From Eledone cirrhosa (taxonomy: Eukaryota): a stretch of DNA of 64,000 nt. Location of the stretch: positions 392,150,001-392,214,000 of the forward strand of contig OZ024741.1 in assembly GCA_964016885.1 (NCBI GenBank), given 5' to 3'. The notes under the pieces are model-generated. The model saw only the letters and a program-made list of their open reading frames with translations. It did no database searches and was not told the origin of the DNA. A program made the position numbers and the translations under genes. This document shows, piece by piece, positions 56,601 through 64,000 of the stretch (within the stretch, counting starts at the first letter, position 1; the number at the start of each line of letters is the position of its first letter).

Positions 56601-58710
56601 TGATAGAAAGGATGATAGCAGAAGGTTGTACTTAACACTGAATAGTGTGTTGAAGGTGATGGTGGGGGGTAACATGATAGAAAGGATGATAGCAGAAGGT
56701 TGTACTTAACACTGAATAGTGTGTTGAAGGTGATCGTGGGGGGTAACATGATAGAAAGGATGATAGCAGAAGGTTGTACTTAACACTGAATAGTGTGTTG
56801 AAGGTGATGGTGGGAGGTAACATGATAGAAAGGATGATAGCAGAAGGTTGTACTTAACACTGAATAGTGTGTTGAAGGTGATAGTGGGAGGTAACATGAT
56901 AGAAAGGATGATAGCAGAAGGTTGTACTTAACACTGGATAGTGTGTTGAATGTGATGGTGGGAGGTAACATGACAGAAAGGATGATAGCAGAAGGTTGTA
57001 CTTAACACTGAATAGTGTGTTGAAGGTGATGGTGGGGGGTAACATGATAGAAAGGATGATAGCAGAAGGTTGTACTTAACACTGGATAGTGTGTTGAATG
57101 TGATGGTGGGGTGTAACATGATAGAAAGGATGATAGCAGAAGGTTGTACTTAACACTGAATAGTGTGTTGAAGGTGATGGTGGGGGGTAACATGATAGAA
57201 AGGATGATAGCAGAAGGTTGTACTTAACACTGAATAGTGTGTTGAAGGTGATGGTGGGGGGTAACATGATAGAAAGGATGATAGCAGAAGGTTGTACTTA
57301 ACACTGAATAGTGTGTTGAAGGTGATGGTGGGGGGTAACATGATAGAAAGGATGATAGCAGAAGGTGTACTTAACACTGAATAGTGTGTTGAAGGTGATG
57401 GTGGGGGGTAACATGATAGAAAGGATGATAGCAGAAGGTTGTACTTAACACTGAATAGTGTGTTAAAGGTGATGGTGGGGGGTAACATGATAGAAAGGAT
57501 GATAGCAGAAGGTTGTACTTAACACTGAATAGTGTGTTAAAGGTGATGGTGGGGGGTAACATGATAGAAAGGATGATAGCAGAAGGTTGTACTTAACACT
57601 GAATAGTGTGTTGAAGGTGATGGTGGGAGGTAACATGATAGAAAGGATGATAGCAGAAGGTTGTACTTAACACTGAATAGTGTGTTGAAGCTGATGGTGG
57701 GGGGTAACATGATAGAAAGGATGATAGCAGAAGGTTGTACTTAACACTGAATAGTGTGTTAAAGGTGATGGTGGGGGGTAACATGATAGAAAGGATGATA
57801 GCAGAAGGTTGTACTTAACACTGAATAGTGTGTTGAAGGTGATGGTGGGGGGGGGGGGGGGGGTAACATGATAGAAAGGATGATAGCAGAAGGTTGTACT
57901 AAACACTGAATAGTGTGTTGAAGGTGATGGTGGGGGGTAACATGATAGAAAGGATGATAGCAGAAGGTTGTACTTAACACTGAATAGTGTGTTGAAGCTG
58001 ATGGTGGGGAGTAACATGATAGAAAGGATGATAGCAGAAGGTTGTACTTAACACTGAATAGTGTGTTGAAGGTGATGGTGGGAGGTAACATGATAGAAAG
58101 GATGATAGCAGAAGGTTGTACTTAACACTGAATAGTGTGTTGAAGCTGATGGTGGGAGGTAACATGATAGAAAGGATGATAGCAGAAGGTTGTACTTAAC
58201 ACTGAATAGTGTGTTGAAGGTGATGGTGGCAGGTAACATGATAGAAAGGGTGATAGCAGAAGGTTGTACTTAACACTGAACACTGAATAGTGTGTTGAAG
58301 GTGATGGTGGGGGGTAATATGATAGAAAGGATGATAGCAGAAGGTTGTACTTAACACTGAATAGTGTGTTGAAGGTGATGGTGGGGGGTAACATGATAGA
58401 AAGGATGATAGTAGAAGGTGTACTTAACACTGAATAGTGTGTTGAAGGTGATGGTGGGGGGTAACATGATAGAAAGGATGATAGTAGAAGGTTGTACTTA
58501 ACACTGAATAGTGTGTTGAAGGTGATGGTGGGGGGTAACATGATCAAAGGATGATAGCAGAAGGTTGTACTTAACACTGAATAGTGTGTTGAAGGTGATG
58601 GTGGGGGGTAACATGATAGAAAGGATGATAGCAGAAGGTTGTACTTAACACTGAATAGTGTGTTGAAGGTGATGGTGGGGGGTAACATGATAGAAAGGAT
58701 GATAGCAGAA

Positions 58711-61152
58711 GGTTGTACTTAACACTGAATAGTGTGTTGAAGGTGATGGTGGGAGGTAACATGATAGAAAGGATGATAGCAGAAGGTTGTACTTAACACT
58801 GAATAGTGTGTTGAAGGTGATGGTGGGAGGTAACATGACAGAAAGGATGATAGCAGAAGGTTGTACTTAACACTGAATAGTGTGTTGAAGGTGATGGTGG
58901 GGGGTAACCTGATAGAAAGGATGATAGCAGAAGGTTGTACTTAACACTGAATAGTGTGTTGAAGGTGATGGTGGGGGGTAACATGATAGAAAGGATGATA
59001 GCAGAAGGTTGTACTTAACACTGAATAGTGTGTTGAAGGTGATGGTGGGAGGTAACATGACAGAAAGGATGATAGCAGAAGGTTGTACTTAACACTGAAT
59101 AGTGTGTTGAAGGTGATTGTGGGAGGTAACATGATAGAAAGGATGATAGCAGAAGGTTGTACTTAACACTGAATAGTGTGTTGAAGGTGATGGTGGGAGG
59201 TAACATGATAGAAAGGATGATAGCAGAATGTTGTACTTAACACTGAATAGTGTGTTGAAGGTGATGGTGGGAGGTAACATGATAGAAAGGATGATAGCAG
59301 AAGGTTGTACTTAACACTGAATAGTGTGTTGAAGGTGATAGTGGGAGGTAACATGATAGAAAGGATGATAGCAGAAGGTTGTACTTAACACTGAATAGTG
59401 TGTTGAAGGTGATGGTGGGAGGTAACATGACAGAAAGAATGATAGCAGAAGGTTGTACTTAACACTGAATAGTGTGTTGAAGGTGATGGTGGGAGGTAAC
59501 ATGATAGAAAGGATGATAGCAGAAAGTTGTACTTAACACTGAATAGTGTGTTGAAGGTGATGGTGGGAGGTAACATGACAGAAAGGATGATAGCAGAAGG
59601 TTGTACTTAACACTGAATAGTGTGTTGAAGGTGATGGTGGGAGGTAACATGATAGAAAGGATGATAGCAGAAGGTTGTACTTAACACTGAATAGTGTGTT
59701 GAAGGTGATGGTGGGAGGTAACATGACAGAAAGGATGATAGCAGAAGGTTGTACTTAACACTGAATAGTGTGTTGAAGGTGATGGTGGGGGGTAACATGA
59801 TAGAAAGGATGATAGCAGAAGGTTGTACTTAACACTGAATAGTGTGTTGAAGGTGATGGTGGGAGGTAACATGATAGAAAGGGTGATAGCAGAAGGTTGT
59901 ACTTAACACTGAATAGTGTGTTGAAGGTGATGGTGGGAGGTAACATGATAGAAAGGATGATAGCAGAAGGTTGTACTTAACACTGAATAGTGTGTTGAAG
60001 GTGATGGTGGGAGGTAACATGACAGAAAGGATGATAGCAGAAGGTTGTACTTAACACTGAATAGTGTGTTGAAGGTGATGGTGGGGGGTAACCTGATAGA
60101 AAGGATGATAGCAGAAGGTTGTACTTAACACTGAATAGTGTGTTGAAGGTGATGGTGGGGGGTAACATGATAGAAAGGATGATAGCAGAAGGTTGTACTT
60201 AACACTGAATAGTGTGTTGAAGGTGATGGTGGGAGGTAACATGACAGAAAGGATGATAGCAGAAGGTTGTACTTAACACTGAATAGTGTGTTGAAGGTGA
60301 TTGTGGGAGGTAACATGATAGAAAGGATGATAGCAGAAGGTTGTACTTAACACTGAATAGTGTGTTGAAGGTGATGGTGGGAGGTAACATGATAGAAAGG
60401 ATGATAGCAGAATGTTGTACTTAACACTGAATAGTGTGTTGAAGGTGATGGTGGGAGGTAACATGATAGAAAGGATGATAGCAGAAGGTTGTACTTAACA
60501 CTGAATAGTGTGTTGAAGGTGATAGTGGGAGGTAACATGATAGAAAGGATGATAGCAGAAGGTTGTACTTAACACTGAATAGTGTGTTGAAGGTGATGGT
60601 GGGAGGTAACATGACAGAAAGAATGATAGCAGAAGGTTGTACTTAACACTGAATAGTGTGTTGAAGGTGATGGTGGGAGGTAACATGATAGAAAGGATGA
60701 TAGCAGAAAGTTGTACTTAACACTGAATAGTGTGTTGAAGGTGATGGTGGGAGGTAACATGACAGAAAGGATGATAGCAGAAGGTTGTACTTAACACTGA
60801 ATAGTGTGTTGAAGGTGATGGTGGGAGGTAACATGATAGAAAGGATGATAGCAGAAGGTTGTACTTAACACTGAATAGTGTGTTGAAGGTGATGGTGGGA
60901 GGTAACATGACAGAAAGGATGATAGCAGAAGGTTGTACTTAACACTGAATAGTGTGTTGAAGGTGATGGTGGGGGGTAACATGATAGAAAGGATGATAGC
61001 AGAAGGTTGTACTTAACACTGAATAGTGTGTTGAAGGTGATGGTGGGAGGTAACATGATAGAAAGGGTGATAGCAGAAGGTTGTACTTAACACTGAATAG
61101 TGTGTTGAAGGTGATGGTGGGAGGTAACATGATAGAAAGGATGATAGCAGAA
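58711..61152. repeat. 1184-bp (16-monomer) apparently perfect tandem duplication
   Basis: TAACCTG, GATTGTGG, GCAGAATGTT, GACAGAAAGAAT, GCAGAAAGTT and AAGGGTG all recur at exactly +1184 (ORF-track 58793/59977 through 59755/60939). Confidence 0.92.
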
Positions 61153-64000
61153 GGTTGTACTTAACACTGAATAGTGTGTTGAAGGTGATAGTGGGAGGTA
61201 ACATGATAGAAAGGATGATAGCAGAAGGTTGTACTTAACACTGAATAGTGTGTTGAAGGTGATGGTGGGAGGTAACATGACAGAAAGGATGATAGCAGAA
61301 GGTTGTACTTAACACTGAATAGTGTGTTGAAGGTGATAGTGGGAGGTAACATGATAGAAAGGATGATAGCAGAAGGTTGTACTTAACACTGAATAGTGTG
61401 TTGAAGGTGATAGTGGGAGGTAACATGATAGAAAGGATGATAGCAGAAGGTTGTACTTAACACTGAATAGTGTGTTGAAGGTGATGGTGGGAGGTAACAT
61501 GACAGAAAGGATGATAGCAGAAGGTTGTACTTAACACTGAATAGTGTGTTGAAGGTGATGGTGGGAGGTAACATGATAGAAAGGATGATAGCAGAAGGTT
61601 GTACTTAACACTGAATAGTGTGTTGAAGGTGATGGTGGGAGGTAACATGATAGAAAGGATGATAGCAGAAGGTTGTACTTAACACTGAATAGTGTGTTGA
61701 AGGTGATGGTGGGGGGTAACATGATAGAAAGGATGATAGCAGAAGTGTACTTAACACTGAATAGTGTGTTGAAGGTGATGGTGGGGGGTAACATGATAGA
61801 AAGGATGATAGCAGAAGGTTGTACTTAACACTGAATAGTGTGTTGAAGGTGATGGTGGGAGGTAACATGATAGAAAGGATGATAGCAGAAGGTTGTACTT
61901 AACACTGAATAGTGTGTTGAAGGTGATGGTGGGGGGTAACATGATAGAAAGGATGATAGCAGAAGGTGTACTTAACACTGAATAGTGTGTTGAAGGTGAT
62001 GGTGGGGGGTAACATGATAGAAAGGATGATAGCAGAAGGTTGTACTTAACACTGAATAGTGTGTTGAAGGTGATGGTGGGGGGTAACATGATAGAAAGGA
62101 TGATAGCAGAAGGTTGTACTTAACACTGAATAGTGTGTTGAAGGTGATGGTAGGGGGTAACATGATAGAAAGGATGATAGCAGAAGGTGTACTTAACACT
62201 GAATAGTGTGTTGAAGGTGATGGTGGGGGGTAACATGATAGAAAGGATGATAGCAGAAGGTTGTACTTAACACTGAATAGTGTGTTGAAGGTGATGGTAG
62301 GGGGTAACATGATAGAAAGGATGATAGCAGAAGGTGTACTTAACACTGAATAGTGTGTTGAAGGTGATGGTGGGGGGTAACATGATAGAAAGGATGATAG
62401 CAGAAGGTTGTACTTAACACTGAATAGTGTGTTGAAGGTGATGGTGGGGGGTAACATGATAGAAAGGATGATAGCAGAAGGTTGTACTTAACACTGAATA
62501 GTGTGTTGAAGGTGATAGTGGGAGGTAACATGATAGAAAGGATGATAGCAGAAGGTTGTACTTAACACTGAATAGTGTGTTGAAGGTGATGGTGGGGGGT
62601 AACATGATAGAAAGGATGATAGCAGAAGGTTGTACTTAACACTGAATAGTGTGTTGAAGGTGATAGTGGGAGGTAACATGATAGAAAGGATGATAGCAGA
62701 AGGTTGTACTTAACACTGAATAGTGTGTTGAAGGTGATGGTGGGGGGTAACATGATAGAAAGGATGATAGCAGAAGGTTGTACTTAACACTGAATAGTGT
62801 GTTGAAGGTGATAGTGGGGGGTAACATGATAGAAAGGATGATAGCAGAAGGTTGTACTTAACACTGAATAGTGTGTTGAAGGTGATGGTGGGAGGTAACA
62901 TGATAGAAAGGATGATAGCAGAAGGTTGTACTTAACACTGAATAGTGTGTTGAAGGTGATGGTGGGAGGTAACATGATAGAAAGGATGATAGCAGAAGGT
63001 TGTACTTAACACTGAATAGTGTGTTGAAGGTGATGGTGGGAGGTAACATGATAGAAAGGATGATAGCAGAAGGTTGTACTTAACACTGAATAGTGTGTTG
63101 AAGGTGATGGTGGGGGGTAACATGATAGAAAGGATGATAGCAGAAGGTTGTACTTAACACTGAATAGTGTGTTGAAGGTGATAGTGGGAGGTAACATGAT
63201 AGAAAGGATGATAGCAGAAGGTTGTACTTAACACTGAATAGTGTGTTGAAGGTGATGGTGGGGGGTAACATGATAGAAAGGATGATAGCAGAAGGTTGTA
63301 CTTAACACTGAATAGTGTGTTGAAGGTGATGGTGGGTGGTAACATGATAGAAAGGATGATAGCAGAAGGTGTACTTAACACTGAATAGTGTGTTGAAGGT
63401 GATGGTGGGGGGTAACATGATAGAAAGGATGATAGCAGAAGATTGTACTTAACACTGAATAGTGTGGTGATGGTGGGAGGTAACATGATAGAAAGGATGA
63501 TAGCAGAAGGTTGTACTTAACACTGAATAGTGTGTTGAAGGTGATGGTGGGAGGTAACATGATAGAAAGGTTGATAGCAGAAGGTTGTACTTAACACTGA
63601 ATAGTGTGTTGAAGGTGATGGTGGGGGGTAACATGATAGAAAGGATGATAGCAGAAGGTTGTACTTAACACTGAATAGTGTGTTGAGGGTGATGGTGGGA
63701 GGTAACATGATAGAAAGGATGATAGCAGAAGGTGTACTTAACACTGAATAGTGTGTTGAAGGTGATGGTGGGGGGTAACATGATAGAAAGGATGATAGCA
63801 GAAGGTTGTACTTAACACTGAATAGTGTGTTGAAGGTGATGGTGGGGGGCAACATGATAGAAAGGATGATAGCAGAAGGTTGTACTTAACACTGAATAGT
63901 GTGTTGAAGGTGATGGTAGGGGGTAACATGATAGAAAGGATGATAGCAGAAGGTGTACTTAACACTGAATAGTGTGTTGAAGGTGATGGTGGGGGGTAAC

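Larger units (their letters stand above)
1..64000. repeat. 74-bp tandem satellite array (~865 monomers, single orientation, extends beyond both window edges)
   Basis: The unit GGTTGTACTTAACACTGAATAGTGTGTTGAAGGTGATGGTGGG[A/G]GGTAACATGATAGAAAGGATGATAGCAGAA recurs from base 1 to base 64000. ORF-track coordinates step by 74 throughout and are all on one strand, so there is no inversion. Most monomers differ from consensus by 0-2 positions. Confidence 0.99.

Noticed and set aside
52442-58688. Longer read-through ORFs (QCLVQPS variants and the 161-188 aa ORFs)
   Set aside because: They are produced by chance substitutions in TTAA or by 1-bp indels that skip the single stop. There is no sign of selection for an extended frame.
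311-63965. Hundreds of overlapping minus-strand ORFs (MLPPTITFNTLFSVKYNLLL...HTIQC, mostly 63 aa, up to 188 aa)
   Set aside because: These are an artefact of the repeat. The pyrimidine-rich strand has one stop (TAA) per monomer and 74 is not a multiple of 3, so each frame is open for 222 bp. The ORFs overlap in all three frames, frameshifting indels are tolerated freely, and there is no recognisable domain or gene context.
1-64000. CRISPR array (regular period, partly palindromic segment)
   Set aside because: There are no unique spacers, since the entire 74 bp is repeated. No leader or cas genes are present.
1-64000. Tandem tRNA or small-RNA gene array (74 bp is tRNA-sized)
   Set aside because: With only 5 C per unit a cloverleaf cannot form. 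There is no T-loop GTTCRA/B-box on either strand, no spacer and no Pol III terminator T-run.
1-64000. Telomerase-type telomeric repeat (G-rich strand)
   Set aside because: The unit is much longer than known telomerase repeats and has no TTAGGG-like core. The nested duplications fit recombination-based evolution. A subtelomeric location or a recombination-maintained telomere cannot be excluded from sequence alone.
1-64000. Pure technical concatemer (rolling-circle or MDA product of a 74-bp circle)
   Set aside because: Linked variants inherited through nested and dispersed duplications imply an evolutionary history, not repeated copying of one template. Individual duplications still need read validation.
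1-64000. Hidden insertion, transposon remnant or inversion within the array
   Set aside because: I saw none on reading through. The gaps in the ORF track are explained by point variants that remove the ATG or add a stop.

Overview
The whole 64 kb window is one uninterrupted head-to-tail tandem array (satellite DNA) of a 74-bp monomer. There are about 865 copies, all in the same orientation, and the array runs off both ends. Consensus (+ strand): GGTTGTACTTAACACTGAATAGTGTGTTGAAGGTGATGGTGGG[A/G]GGTAACATGATAGAAAGGATGATAGCAGAA. It has 25 G, 25 A, 19 T and 5 C (~40% GC, strong purine/G skew) and no CpG. I see no unique sequence, gene, RNA gene, transposon or CRISPR spacer. The hundreds of minus-strand 63-aa ORFs are an arithmetic by-product of the repeat. 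The real information lies in the monomer variants, which define nested higher-order repeats and duplications (3, 8, 9, 10, 14, 16, 27, 42, ~45 and ~106 monomers). The variants also define regional domains, haplotype blocks re-used 20-42 kb apart, an unstable poly-G tract and a 7-bp microduplication at a haplotype junction. This is most likely eukaryotic heterochromatic satellite (centromeric, pericentromeric or subtelomeric), but I cannot name the organism or family. I found no evidence of a new gene-based biological system here.
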